From: Nitrospirota bacterium
GTDB lineage: Bacteria; Nitrospirota; UBA9217
Direction: 5' to 3'
Length of the DNA: 64,000 bases
Assembly (NCBI GenBank): GCA_963749655.1
Contig: CAVVOB010000035.1
Span: forward strand, 29,932 to 93,931
The notes beneath the pieces are model-generated. The model did not search any database, was not told the DNA's origin, and saw only the letters and a list, made by a program, of their open reading frames with translations. Both the position numbers and the translations under genes were made by a program. Each line of letters opens with the position of its first letter. Within the stretch, counting starts at the first letter, position 1. Positions 12,172-22,251 of this stretch are shown here, piece by piece.

Positions 12172-12300
12172 CGATCTCGTAAAAAGTCTTTTTAGCCACA
12201 GAAGTCACAAAAGTTTAATAAGTATCATTGATTTTTCAAAAACTCTTTTTATGCCTTCTGTGCCTTTTGTGGCAAATCTTGACTTCATACGACTACATCA
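12172..12300. repeat. MITE-like element with imperfect terminal IRs enclosing a 9-mer repeat doublet
   Basis: Outer GATCTCGTAAAAAGTC ... GACTTCATACGACTACATC; inner GCCACAGAAGTCACAAAAG ... CTTCTGTGCCTTTTGTGGC. Confidence 0.55.
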
Positions 12301-12347
12301 TCAGTGCTGTCTTCTATAATCTGCCTGAAAGGCGGGTACCACGGCAC

Positions 12348-12911
12348 TTATGCGGGCTTCGGCCTGCCGAACCGCTGCCGGAGCGCTTCCGTAAATTTGC
12401 CGTCCGCTTTCAACGAAACGAGCTCGATCGGCGAATAACCCCGTTTCCATGCCCAATAGAACATCAAGAGGAGGAGCGCGCCGGTGATCGCAAAATTCTG
12501 GCAGCCGTTCAGGGGCCACTGCCCGCTCCAGACATATGCACGGTTCGAGAACGGCCAGAAATAGGGGACGGCCCAAAAATCGTCTCCCAGGCCGCGGGAG
12601 CCGACGAGGTCTTCCAGAATATGCACATGAAAGCTGACAAGAACGAGCAGCAGGACGACCCGCCTGCGCACGCTCATCGCGAACCCGAGCGCCGAAAGAA
12701 TCAGTCCGAAGAATATGTTATGGCCGAAAACATGATGATACCGCTGATAGAACTCGAATTCGTTGCCTCTCGACAGCACGTCCCACACGACGCCCAGGCC
12801 GTCGATGTCGGGGAGGACCGCAGCGAGGGTCACGATCATCCGCTCGCGTCTGCTCAGCGTTGTCGTGTTTGCGACGGCCCATCCGGAGAGAAAATGGGTT
12901 ATGGGGCTCAT
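12348..12911 (-). CDS. Membrane metal-dependent hydrolase (YdjM-like)
   Basis: MSPITHFL, LPDID, HHVFGHN, HVHILED, YFWPFS; SD AAGGAGG. Confidence 0.8.
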   Translation of the reverse strand: MSPITHFLSGWAVANTTTLSRRERMIVTLAAVLPDIDGLGVVWDVLSRGNEFEFYQRYHHVFGHNIFFGLILSALGFAMSVRRRVVLLLVLVSFHVHILEDLVGSRGLGDDFWAVPYFWPFSNRAYVWSGQWPLNGCQNFAITGALLLLMFYWAWKRGYSPIELVSLKADGKFTEALRQRFGRPKPA

Positions 12912-13157
12912 AAGCAACTCCTCCTTGCTGGAAAGCCAGTGGTCACGGGAAGGAACCGGATATCGTCTTTCCCGGAGTCTGATCCCAACCTGTTGTTGCA
13001 GATTCACTCCTATGTATGAACGTCTCGATAGCTCATGACGCATCGACGTTCACTGCCCAAAACACCTGCCCGAGTATTCTTTGGCCCTGCCCGGAACAAC
13101 TGTTGGTCTTTGCAATCGGTTTTTACAGCTGTGTTCACGGCGGTTTGATCCTTCTTT

Positions 13158-13472
13158 TCAGTGTCTCCCTCGGTAGGCCGTGGTGCTCCCTGGCCTGTTT
13201 GCAAACTCCTCCCGTTTCACCTCATCGAGCACTTTTTTGGCTCCGTACACGCCGAGGAGACCGATAGGGACGAAGGCGACGCAGCCGATGATCGCCAGGA
13301 TGGCGCCCGTTCTTCTGTTTCCCGACGAGATCATCACGGCCCCGAAAACGGACAAGGCTACAAAGGAGCCGAAAATAAACATCACCACACCCTGGAGCTC
13401 GGGGTCCCTATCTGCTATTCCTACTGTTGCCAGGGCATTAATAATGATGCTGATCACAATAAGTTTATTCAT
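13158..13472 (-). CDS. Small hypothetical membrane protein
   Basis: SD CAGGAG then MNKLIVISII; three to four TMs. Confidence 0.6.
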   Translation of the reverse strand: MNKLIVISIIINALATVGIADRDPELQGVVMFIFGSFVALSVFGAVMISSGNRRTGAILAIIGCVAFVPIGLLGVYGAKKVLDEVKREEFANRPGSTTAYRGRH

Positions 13473-13548
13473 CTCCTGTCTCCTCTGAGTGGTACGCTCG
13501 TTTCCCGAGTTTCGTTCGGCGCCGGTCCGTCGAAACTCTGAAACGCAT

Positions 13549-13974
13549 TTATGAAGCTGCCTTGCTCGAAAGAAATTCAGCAAGCTGTTCTCCCTGGTTC
13601 TCTTCGAGGAGGTCGAGCGCAATCGTGATCTTCCGGGTCCCGCCGTCATCGCTTCTCACCACCAGGGCGAGACGTCTCCGCGAGGGCCGCTCCACTTTCT
13701 GAATATCGCTGTAGCGGATCAAGTGCAGGCTCGTCTGGTCGATCTCGACATGGTCGTCATGGATGGTCACCATGGGTTTCTTGCTTCTCATCTTCGTCTG
13801 AATGTAAATCATGATCCCCGTCGCCGGCAGTATGCCGAGCTTCACGTCGGCGTTTGCGTCGTCTGACATGAAAACGATCGCGATCAGCACGAGTCCTGCT
13901 CCTATTGCGCCGTAGCTGACCCACAGCCACTGTTGAGCCAGTGCTTTACGCTGAAACAGCGCTTGTCCGATCAT
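13549..13974 (-). CDS. Hypothetical two-TM protein with small soluble C-terminal domain
   Basis: SD AAGGAG then MIGQALF; two TMs followed by VTIHDDHVEI...IRYSDIQKV. Confidence 0.6.
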   Translation of the reverse strand: MIGQALFQRKALAQQWLWVSYGAIGAGLVLIAIVFMSDDANADVKLGILPATGIMIYIQTKMRSKKPMVTIHDDHVEIDQTSLHLIRYSDIQKVERPSRRRLALVVRSDDGGTRKITIALDLLEENQGEQLAEFLSSKAAS

Positions 13975-14114
13975 ATCGCCATCTCCTTTTTCAGCATTTC
14001 CTTTGAACTGGGCAGGGCAGCTCTCCGTTTGTTCTTGCGGGAAAAACAATCCTGTTGTCCGCTATTGTTCTCTTTCGTCATCAGCGAGGTGTCAACTCAT
14101 AAGGCTGTCGGGTT

Positions 14115-16307
14115 TCACTCCTTCGCCCCTGCAGCCCGCAGGACCTGCGCCATCCCGGCATATTCTTTCTCCTTCGCAAACCGCAAGGCGGAATAGCCGC
14201 TCTTGCTCCGGGCGTTCACATTCGCGCCTTTGTCCAGGAGTAATTTCACCGCCTCCGTATGGCCCTTGGATGCCGCATTCATCAGCGCCGTGTACCCGTT
14301 TATTTTTTTCGCATTTACGTCCGCCCCTTTTTCGAGGAGAAGTTTTATCAGTTCCGTGCGTCCAAAAACCGATGCCCCCATCAGGGGCGTGAACCCTTCC
14401 TTCGTATGCGCGTTTACGTCTGCTCCTTTTTCAATCAGGAGTTTTGCCGCGTCGTTTTCATAGAATGTGGCGACAATAAGAGCCGTGTGGCCGTCCTGGT
14501 CATATACTGCATTAAGGTTCGCCCCCTTGCCCAGGAGCAGGTTTACCATCCCGAGCTGTCCTTTGCTTACGGCGGCCGTCAGCGGAGTATATGTGTTCTC
14601 CTCCGACGTGTCCCTGGCCTTGCCGTTGATATCCGCGCCGTGTTCAATCAGAAAGGACACTGTTTCGGAATTATCTCCGAAAGCCGCCCATATAAGAGCG
14701 GGCATGCCGTTATATTTATCCCGCGCGACCGCTTTCGCATCTTTACTCACAAGAGACTCGATTGCGCCCCTGTCTCCTTCCATGGTCGCCCAAAGAAGAG
14801 GAGGGACGCCCTTGATGTTCTTGGCGGCGCCGCTTTTCAAAAGGATCCGGACCGTCTTCATTTCATGATCTTTCAGCGCATGGAGTAAAGGCGTCAGCTC
14901 TGTACTGTTCCGGATATCGAGGTTCGCGCCCTTCTCCGCCAGCAAATTGACAATATCGAAATGTTTGGCATCGGATGCATGGAAGACGGCGGTCGCGTTT
15001 ATGATATTCTTTGCATCAAGGTCGGCGCCCTTGTCGATCAGCAGTTTGACAAATTCAATGTTGCCCTTCTCTGCCGCTATCATAAGCGCCGTTGCCGCGT
15101 CGATTCTGCTCTGAGCGTTGATCTTCGCTCCTTTTTCGAGAAGAAGCCCGCCTATTTCCGGGTTTCCGCCCTCCGCTGCGAACATCAACGCGGAACAATC
15201 GCCGTCCTCGAGCTTTGCGCCCTTGTCGAGGAGATAGCGCACGAGATCCACATGTCCAAGCAGGGCTGACAGCTTCAGGGCCGTAGTTCTTGTGCGCTCC
15301 TGTTTTTCTACATAGCTTTGTTCCCCATGGCTTTCGTCCGCAGGGGCGGCCCCATCCGCCTCGACTGCATCGACATTGACGCCCTTTTCCACCAGGAACC
15401 GGACCCCTTCGAAATTGCCGTTCCTGGCCAGGTTGATCAACCCGGTGCCGGCATGCTCCGATTTCGGATTGAAGACCACGCCGTTTTCCATCAATACGTT
15501 CATGGCACCTGCGTTTCCCGAACGTAAGGCGAACATGAATGCCGTCTTTCCCGCCTTATTTTTCCGGTTGATGTCGATGTTTTTTGCGATCAGATACTTG
15601 ATGGATTCTGAGGTGCCACTTTGGGCGGCAAGTATAAGGACGGTATTGCCCTTCTTGTCCAGGGCTTTCACGTCGGCCCCTTTTTCAACGAGAAGCTTTA
15701 TGGTGTCCGGATTTCCGTTCTCGGCCGCCATCAGGAGAGGCGTTGCTCCGTTCATTTTCGGGTCGATCTGTGCGCCCTTCGCGAGAAGCGCCTCTGCCGT
15801 CCCGGCGAATCCGCCTGCCGCCGCAGCCGCCAGGGCCGTCCAGCCGTTCAGATATTGCTTTTTCTTCATTTCGTCGTTGAGCGCCTGAACGGAGCGTTTG
15901 GACGCTGATTTCAGAGCGGTTATGCTGTCGGATTGCGGCTGGGTAAAGGGGCTTAAAACGGTATTTACTTCGCCGTGCATGGTTTTCCAGAATGCATCTA
16001 CCGCGGCCCTGTCCATTCCCTCGACATCAATGATGGAGGCTTTGGCATTCGGGTCAGCGCCCTTCTCCAGCAGAAGCTTCACGACTTCGGTGCGGCCCCG
16101 GGACGCCGCGATCATCAGGACCGTACAGTCTTTGCACTCGGCGGTGGCGGTCCTTGTGTCCGGCTTCGCTCCTTTTTCCAGAAGCGCGGCCACCCCAGCG
16201 ACATCGCCGCCGCCCGCCGCTGCCGTCAATTGATCGCCGATGGATGCTCCAAACACCGTGAGCGGCGAAAGACAAAGGAAAACCACTGCGATACACATTC
16301 GTTTCAT
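14115..16307 (-). CDS. Exported ankyrin-repeat protein
   Basis: Signal peptide followed by many G-x-T-(P/A)-L-x-x-A...LL-x-KGADVN repeats. Confidence 0.93.
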   Translation of the reverse strand: MKRMCIAVVFLCLSPLTVFGASIGDQLTAAAGGGDVAGVAALLEKGAKPDTRTATAECKDCTVLMIAASRGRTEVVKLLLEKGADPNAKASIIDVEGMDRAAVDAFWKTMHGEVNTVLSPFTQPQSDSITALKSASKRSVQALNDEMKKKQYLNGWTALAAAAAGGFAGTAEALLAKGAQIDPKMNGATPLLMAAENGNPDTIKLLVEKGADVKALDKKGNTVLILAAQSGTSESIKYLIAKNIDINRKNKAGKTAFMFALRSGNAGAMNVLMENGVVFNPKSEHAGTGLINLARNGNFEGVRFLVEKGVNVDAVEADGAAPADESHGEQSYVEKQERTRTTALKLSALLGHVDLVRYLLDKGAKLEDGDCSALMFAAEGGNPEIGGLLLEKGAKINAQSRIDAATALMIAAEKGNIEFVKLLIDKGADLDAKNIINATAVFHASDAKHFDIVNLLAEKGANLDIRNSTELTPLLHALKDHEMKTVRILLKSGAAKNIKGVPPLLWATMEGDRGAIESLVSKDAKAVARDKYNGMPALIWAAFGDNSETVSFLIEHGADINGKARDTSEENTYTPLTAAVSKGQLGMVNLLLGKGANLNAVYDQDGHTALIVATFYENDAAKLLIEKGADVNAHTKEGFTPLMGASVFGRTELIKLLLEKGADVNAKKINGYTALMNAASKGHTEAVKLLLDKGANVNARSKSGYSALRFAKEKEYAGMAQVLRAAGAKE

Positions 16308-16721
16308 TGAAGGCCTCCTCATCGTGTGGTTTGCACCCGTGCTGCAGGCTTGATCGTTTGTTTGATGTTCAAGGTAGTGCCGCTAGCATATGAACAATGT
16401 TTCTCTCACCAACCCTGTTCGAGCGCCGCTGTTTATGAGTGGGCGACAGCGCCCTGTCGGTAAAGACCAGGATTTCTATCGAGGGATACAGGTTCTTGAT
16501 GGTTGTGATGGCATCGTAACGCGGCTGCAGGGTGTTTACGGCATTCAGACTACAGGAATAAAAAGCGAAAAGCAATAGTCCTAGAAGGGTATTTTAAGGG
16601 TAGAAGAGGCAAGTCGCAATTCAGAGGCTGTCAGCTCGCAGCGGTCAGCTTGTTGCTTAATATCCAGTCCGCAAGCCGGAAGCACGACGGTTTCTCCTGA
16701 CTCCCGGCAGTGCTCAGGGCC

Positions 16722-18207
16722 TTACCCTTTCGCCACCCGGATGAGCGTATTGTTCTCGTTCATGCCGTCGATGATGGCGCCGAGGCCGGCCATGTTCTGC
16801 AGGTAGTCGATGGCGTCCCGGGAGATCTCCTCTCCGGGGACGAGGAGCGGGATGCCGGGAGGGTAGACGGTCACGATCTCGGTCGAAACCCTTCCCGCGG
16901 AATGATTGACGCTCACCAGCTCGCTGTCGGAATAGAAGGCCTTGCGCGGGGTCATGGCAAAGCGGTTCTGGAGCATGGGAGGATGGACCTTGTCCAGGGG
17001 GAGCAGGGCGCCCTGGAGTCCCGTTTCAGCGGAAATCACCTGCAGCGCCTCGACAAGGCGGTTCAGGTCGTCCTGCCGGTCGCCGATCGAGACGATCACC
17101 AAGACGTGAAAGGGATCGGCCATCTCGACCTGGATCCCGAAGCGGTTGTTCAGCACATGGGAGACGTGGTAGCCCGACAGCCCGAGGTCCGAGACCGTGA
17201 TCGTGAGCTTGGTCACGTCCATGTCGGCCATGCCCACCTGTTTTGCCCGGTCCTTGCCGAAGCAGGAGATGCCGGGGATCTTGTCGATCGCGGCCCTGGC
17301 GTCTTCGGCCAGCTTGATCGTCCGGTTCAGGAGCTTTTTCCCCTCCGTGGCCATCTGCATGCGCGCCAGGTCGAGGGACGCCATGAGGATGTAGGACGGG
17401 CTGGTCGTCTGGAGGAGCTTCAGGGTGTTGGTGACGTCGTCGATGTTGATCCTGCCCGCTTTCGCGTGGAGCATGGACGCCTGGGTCATGCCGCCCACGA
17501 TCTTGTGGGTCGACTGGACGCACATGTCCGCTCCGGCCTCCAGGGCGCACATGAGGGAGCTTGGAATTGAACTTGAGGTGCGGGCCGTGCGCTTCGTCTA
17601 CGAAGACCAGGAGGCCCTTCTCGCGCGCGTAGGGGATGATCCTCTCGATGTCCGCGCAGAGTCCGTAGTAGTTCGGGCTGGTGATGAGCAGCGCCCGGGC
17701 GCCCGGATTGTCGTCGATGGCGGCCCTGGCCGCCTCGAAGGTGATGTTCAGGGTCATTTTGAGATCGCGGTCGAAAACCGGCTGGAAAAAGATCGGCTGG
17801 GCCCCGCTCATGATGAGCCCGGTCAGAACGGACCGGTGGCAGTTCCTGGCGATCAGGACCTTGTCCCCGGGTCCGGTCATGGACGCGACCATGGCATGGT
17901 TGCCGACGGTCGTTCCGTTCACCAGGAAATAGGACCGGTCCGCCCCGGCTGCTTTGGCGGCCAGTTCCTGGGCTTCCTTGATCACGCCGGTGGGGTTCTG
18001 CAGGGAGTCTACTTCGTCGAGGGTCGTCAGGTCGATGGAAAATATTCTGGGCCCCACGAACTTGCGGAACCGGGTGGAAATGCCCTTGCCGCTCTTGTGT
18101 CCGGGGGTATGGAAGGAAACCTTGCGGCTCTCCGCAAGATTGACCATGGCGTCAAACAGGGGTGTGCGGAACTGCTCATCCTCGAATCGTGAAGGAGGAG
18201 GATTCAT
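16722..18207 (-). CDS. PLP-dependent Orn/Lys/Arg decarboxylase, Bacillus SpeA-like (frameshift near 17552)
   Basis: FHTPGHK, FLVNGTT, RNCHRS, DEAHG, QSTHK (PLP lysine), TTSPSY, YPPGIP. Confidence 0.9.
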
Positions 18208-18212
18208 GGCCT

Positions 18213-19133
18213 CTAGTGGTACGTGAAGAGGGGGGCGTTGTCCTCTATGATCTTCGTCTCTTCAGCCATGGCTTTGCGTATATGCTTGGGGAGCATATAC
18301 ATGCCCTGGTTCGTGATGCCGTCATAGTACCGGCACTCGCCCTTGATCCGCTTCTTGATCAGTTCATCCACGTGCTGGGGCGTGAACTTGCTCGGGTCGA
18401 GGTTCTTGGAAGCCAGGGTGAAGCCCCAGGGAAGACCGAATGACGGGATGCACACGTTGTAAGGGGTCACCACGGGGAAAACGGCGTTGAGTGTCTTGTT
18501 TACGGCCGTGAAGTTCAAAAGCTGGTGCAGGGCCGTGGTGCCGGCCTGGAGGGCGATGGTGCCGTCCGGCGTGAGACGCTCTTTTACGATCTCGTAGAAC
18601 TCGCGGGTGAACAGGAGGTAGGCGGGGCCTTCCTCGACCGGTTCGGAAATATCGATGATAATGGCATCATAGCTGTCGGTGGTTTCTTCCAGGTACTTGC
18701 GGGCGTCCATGTACCGGAGGTCGGTCCGCGGATCGTCGAATGCGCCCTGGTGCCACTCGGGCAGCAGTTCCTTGGACTTTTCAACCACTTCCTGGTCTAT
18801 GTCCACCATCATGCAGTACTCGACGCTCTTGTGGCGGAGCACTTCGCGCAGCGTGGCGCCTTCGCCGCCGCCGACGATAAAGACCCGTTTGGGGTTCGGA
18901 TGGGTCAAAAGAGCAGGATGGACCAGTGCCTCATGGTAAATGAACTCGTCGGTGAGGGACGACTGCATCTTGCCGTCCAGAACGAGGCACCGGCCGTAGC
19001 TCCCGCTTTCCATGATTTCCATGTTCTGGTACTTGGTCTGGCTCGCGTAATGAATGGTACGAATCCCGTGGATATGGCCTTCCTGGGGACTCGTATATTC
19101 GATGAACCACTTGTAGCTCTTGGGTTCGATCAT
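18213..19133 (-). CDS. speE: Polyamine aminopropyltransferase (spermidine synthase family)
   Basis: LVLDG, DEFIYHEALVHP, IVGGGEGATLRE, VDID. Confidence 0.95.
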   Translation of the reverse strand: MIEPKSYKWFIEYTSPQEGHIHGIRTIHYASQTKYQNMEIMESGSYGRCLVLDGKMQSSLTDEFIYHEALVHPALLTHPNPKRVFIVGGGEGATLREVLRHKSVEYCMMVDIDQEVVEKSKELLPEWHQGAFDDPRTDLRYMDARKYLEETTDSYDAIIIDISEPVEEGPAYLLFTREFYEIVKERLTPDGTIALQAGTTALHQLLNFTAVNKTLNAVFPVVTPYNVCIPSFGLPWGFTLASKNLDPSKFTPQHVDELIKKRIKGECRYYDGITNQGMYMLPKHIRKAMAEETKIIEDNAPLFTYH

Positions 19134-19531
19134 GCGGTGACCAGTTCGGCCTGCGCCATGGGTTTATGGGGAAGCTTTGCCTGGCCCAGGATGCCCCGCT
19201 TCATCTCGATGATGGAGGGGTTTTTGGATTCGAATTTTTCGATCAGGAATTTTGCGGCGACCCGGGGGTCGATAAGGTCTCCGCAGGTGAAGACATCGAC
19301 GGCAGCATAGCCGTATTCCGGCCAGGTGTGGATGGCAAGGTGGGATTCGGCGATGACCACCATCCCGCTGATGCCAAAGGGGCTGAATTCGTGGAAAGCG
19401 ACTTCAACAATGGTCGCCTTTGCCTCAAGGGCTGCATTTTTGAGTGTTTCCTGTACAAACTCTAAGTTGCCCAGGGTTTTGGAGTTGCATTCCCGCAGCT
19501 CCAACAAGAGGTGAGTCCCCAACGCGTGCAA
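19130..19531 (-). CDS. speD: S-adenosylmethionine decarboxylase proenzyme, TTG start
   Basis: LGTHLLLEL, VIAESH (pyruvoyl cleavage site), HTWPEYGYAAVDVFTCG; SD AAGGAGGT 7 nt before TTG. Confidence 0.93.
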   Translation of the reverse strand: MHALGTHLLLELRECNSKTLGNLEFVQETLKNAALEAKATIVEVAFHEFSPFGISGMVVIAESHLAIHTWPEYGYAAVDVFTCGDLIDPRVAAKFLIEKFESKNPSIIEMKRGILGQAKLPHKPMAQAELVTA

Positions 19532-19544
19532 CCTGTTTACCTCC

Positions 19545-19711
19545 TTCTCCGCCCGCCGAACCAACTTCTCCCTGTTCGGGAGATCCTGCGAGCACCGCCC
19601 TCCGTTCCCACGGAAGGGATTGCTGTTCGAATCCAACCCGCCTCGACTTCAGACGGCGCCAACAACATCAAAAACTAGTTTTCATTTATCAAAATTACAA
19701 CTCTTTGTCAA
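19545..19711 (-). promoter_or_regulatory. Promoter and ~140-nt structured 5' leader of speD (candidate cis-regulatory RNA)
   Basis: TTGACA at 19706-19711; hairpins CCCTTCCGT-GGGA-ACGGAGGG and TCTCCC-GAACA-GGGAGA; CAGCAATC...GGTGCT signature. Confidence 0.45.
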
Positions 19712-20079
19712 GAATAAAAACTCTCGGGCCTCATTTTTTTTCGAGAGCGTCCGGCGTCGCGCTGAGACTGCCCGGGAAATCCCTCCGACGCGGCGCGAAC
19801 AGCGTCTTCGGGACCATTTTTTTGAAGCGCAATATACTCTTTTTTACATCAATTGCAAGAGAAAATTAGCGGAGGAGAAAAAAAACTTTACAACCATCCC
19901 CGACTGACTTAAAATGCCTTTCACGCAGAGACCGCGAAGACGCAGAGAGCTTTAGCGCGGAGCCGGCGAAAGGGGGAATCGGAGAGTGCAGGCGACCGCC
20001 GGAATTTTCACGCTGTTGCTCCGGTTTCCCCTTGCGTACTCCGTATCCGGTAAATTTCGTTTTGTTTCAGGAGGCTTTC

Positions 20080-20742
20080 ATGTCATCCGGCCAAAAAGGC
20101 TTCGTCGAAATCGCTTCCGTGCTCGTCAATCCCGAGATCTTCACCCGTCCCTACACCTGCGACGTGGAAAAATACGGCTGCAAGTCCATGTGCTGCTACC
20201 GGTCCTGCATCGTGCCTCCCCAGGAGGCGGAAAAGGTCGAGAAGCACCTCGACGGGATCCTCGCCTACCTGTCCCCGGAGAACCGCGAGGCGATCAAAAA
20301 GAACGGGTCCATCCTCGGAAACTGCAAGACCCAGTGCCCCACGGGCTGCGTGATCCACGAGGACGAGGCCCAGGCCATCCGCCGGAACTTCGGCGGCCAG
20401 GACTTCCGCTGCGTGCTGCTGTTCAACAACGACTGCGCCCTGATCTACACCAACAAGGAGGGCATGCGGTACTGCAGCGTGCACAGCTACGCCATCGAAA
20501 AGGGCATGGTCTGGGAGGAGTTCAAGTTCGCCGACTGTGTCCAGTACCCCCTTTCCTTCTATACGACCGAGGGCGGGAAGAAGGTGCTCTCGATCCAGGA
20601 CACGCCTTTCCTGAGCCATATCAAGTGCATGACCGATCCATCCGGCGAACCCATGTATAAGAGCCTCAAGAGGACCATCGAGACCTACATGGGCAAGGAT
20701 TTCTATAAAGCGCTGGAAGCGTACGCGGCAAAGAGAAAGTAA
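20080..20742 (+). CDS. Cys-rich DUF3109-like protein
   Basis: SD CAGGAGG; FTRPYTCDV..GCKSMCC, CALI, CSVHSYAIEKG, CVQYPL. Confidence 0.65.
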   Translation: MSSGQKGFVEIASVLVNPEIFTRPYTCDVEKYGCKSMCCYRSCIVPPQEAEKVEKHLDGILAYLSPENREAIKKNGSILGNCKTQCPTGCVIHEDEAQAIRRNFGGQDFRCVLLFNNDCALIYTNKEGMRYCSVHSYAIEKGMVWEEFKFADCVQYPLSFYTTEGGKKVLSIQDTPFLSHIKCMTDPSGEPMYKSLKRTIETYMGKDFYKALEAYAAKRK

Positions 20743-20805
20743 TGCATAGATTGTGCATTTTTACTCATCTTTGGTTGTCCGGCAGCTCTGCTATAATTTG
20801 AACCT

Positions 20806-21561
20806 ATGGGTAACCTCTTCCTCAGTTTCACTATCGCGATCGGCGGGGCCATCGGTGTGGTGACCCTCAGCCGTGTACTCGATTTCGACTCCTACATCAG
20901 CAAGATACTTCCCATCGTCCCTCTTTTCTACGCCATCATCTATGAGCTCCTTGACCGCAAGAAGGCCAGAAAAGCGGGCAGGGCCGCTGTTCCCGCCCCG
21001 GCGGAAGGCGTAAAGGCCGCCCCAACCAATATCGAGGCGGGCATTTCTGCCGGCAAGATCATCGTAGACGTGGCCGTGAGCTTCGTGGTGAAATTTGCCG
21101 CTGAAATATTTCTGGTTGCCCTGTTCATCCGCCTGAGCGGCCGGCCCTTCACCGAGATCTACGGGTCCTTCAGCATCGAAACCATGGCCACGTTCCTCAA
21201 GGGAGAACATCCCTGGCTCGGCGACAGGGAGGGGATCTATCTCCTTGCCCTGGTTGCCATCCTGTCAAGCTTCGCAACGGGCGTCTGGATCGGGAATACT
21301 TCGAAGGGCAATGCAATCCTGGAGGGCGTCCTTGCAGGCGCCTTCGTCACGCTCGTCAGCACCATGACCAGCATGCTCGTCCTTTACCGCACGATCGAGG
21401 AGACGACCGTCAGGCTTGCCGATTCCATGGGCTATGCCTTCCATGCCGGCTTCCTCATCGTCATCGCGGTCCAGGTGCTGCTTTACGGCCTCTGGAGCGG
21501 GCTGTCGCAGAATGCGAAACAGGAGCGCGGAGCGAGAAAAACGCGGAGAGCGCGGAAGTAG
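20806..21561 (+). CDS. Hypothetical multi-pass membrane protein, probably leaderless
   Basis: About six TMs; TGCTATAAT about 8 nt before ATG, no SD. Confidence 0.7.
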   Translation: MGNLFLSFTIAIGGAIGVVTLSRVLDFDSYISKILPIVPLFYAIIYELLDRKKARKAGRAAVPAPAEGVKAAPTNIEAGISAGKIIVDVAVSFVVKFAAEIFLVALFIRLSGRPFTEIYGSFSIETMATFLKGEHPWLGDREGIYLLALVAILSSFATGVWIGNTSKGNAILEGVLAGAFVTLVSTMTSMLVLYRTIEETTVRLADSMGYAFHAGFLIVIAVQVLLYGLWSGLSQNAKQERGARKTRRARK

Positions 21562-21718
21562 CCTCCCCCTGCCGATTCACCGCGGCCGCCGAACAGGCGG
21601 CCGTCCCTGCCTGACATGTTCAACGGAACAAGTATGAAATGATCCTGAGGCGGCATTTACACGGGGCCGGTGCGGAGGGGGCTTTTGTGTTCATGGAAAT
21701 CGCGATTGCGGCGGGTTT

Positions 21719-22204
21719 CTAGGCAAATCGTCTTGCTTCGACGAAGGACTTTTTCCAGTAGGGGTCCTGCAGGCTGTTCTTCCGGACCTTCTGTCCCGAG
21801 CTGGGAGCGTGGATAAAGGTGTCATGGCCGATATAGATGCCGACGTGGGAATATCGTTTCCCGTTTTCGTTAAAGAACAGGAGGTCGCCCCGCTTCATTT
21901 TGCCCGGGCTGACCGGGACGGTCGTGCTTCTGAGCGCTTTCGTGCCGTGAGGCACGTTCAGGCCTGCAGCGAGAAAGCTGTACTGCACCAGGCCGCTGCA
22001 GTCGAACCCCTCGGGACTGTCTCCCCGGTACTTGTAAGGCCTGCCTATCATGGAAAGGGCGGTCTTTACCGCCTTTTCGCCGATGGCGGGAGTGTAGCCG
22101 GTGACGGGCTTTATCGGGGCCGAGAAGCAGGCGGGGAGCGCCATGAAAAGGCAGAGGATGACGGCGAGCGCAGGCAGGCGGCGCCCTTTTTCCGGATCAA
22201 GCAT
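21719..22204 (-). CDS. NlpC/P60 (C40) peptidase lipoprotein
   Basis: LPAC lipobox-like; GRPYKYRG, GFDCSGLV, GDLLFF, HVGIY, FIHA. Confidence 0.93.
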   Translation of the reverse strand: MLDPEKGRRLPALAVILCLFMALPACFSAPIKPVTGYTPAIGEKAVKTALSMIGRPYKYRGDSPEGFDCSGLVQYSFLAAGLNVPHGTKALRSTTVPVSPGKMKRGDLLFFNENGKRYSHVGIYIGHDTFIHAPSSGQKVRKNSLQDPYWKKSFVEARRFA

Positions 22205-22210
22205 GTCGGC

Positions 22211-22239
22211 ATTGTAGTGTTTTGCGGCGAGCTTGTCAA
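22211..22239 (-). promoter_or_regulatory. Near-consensus sigma70 promoter directly before the NlpC/P60 ATG (leaderless)
   Basis: TTGACA, 17 bp, TACAAT, 6 nt, ATG. Confidence 0.75.
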
Positions 22240-22251
22240 TGATCCGCCGCC

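Noticed and set aside
16330-16720. Riboswitch upstream of the ankyrin gene
   Set aside because: Only a small hairpin (CGACAG-CGCC-CTGTCG) and a heptamer remnant were seen; no recognisable aptamer consensus.
19532-19636. 35-aa N-terminal extension of SpeD shown in the ORF track
   Set aside because: A strong SD sits 7 nt before TTG 19531 and family similarity begins there; the extension coincides with the hairpin-rich leader.
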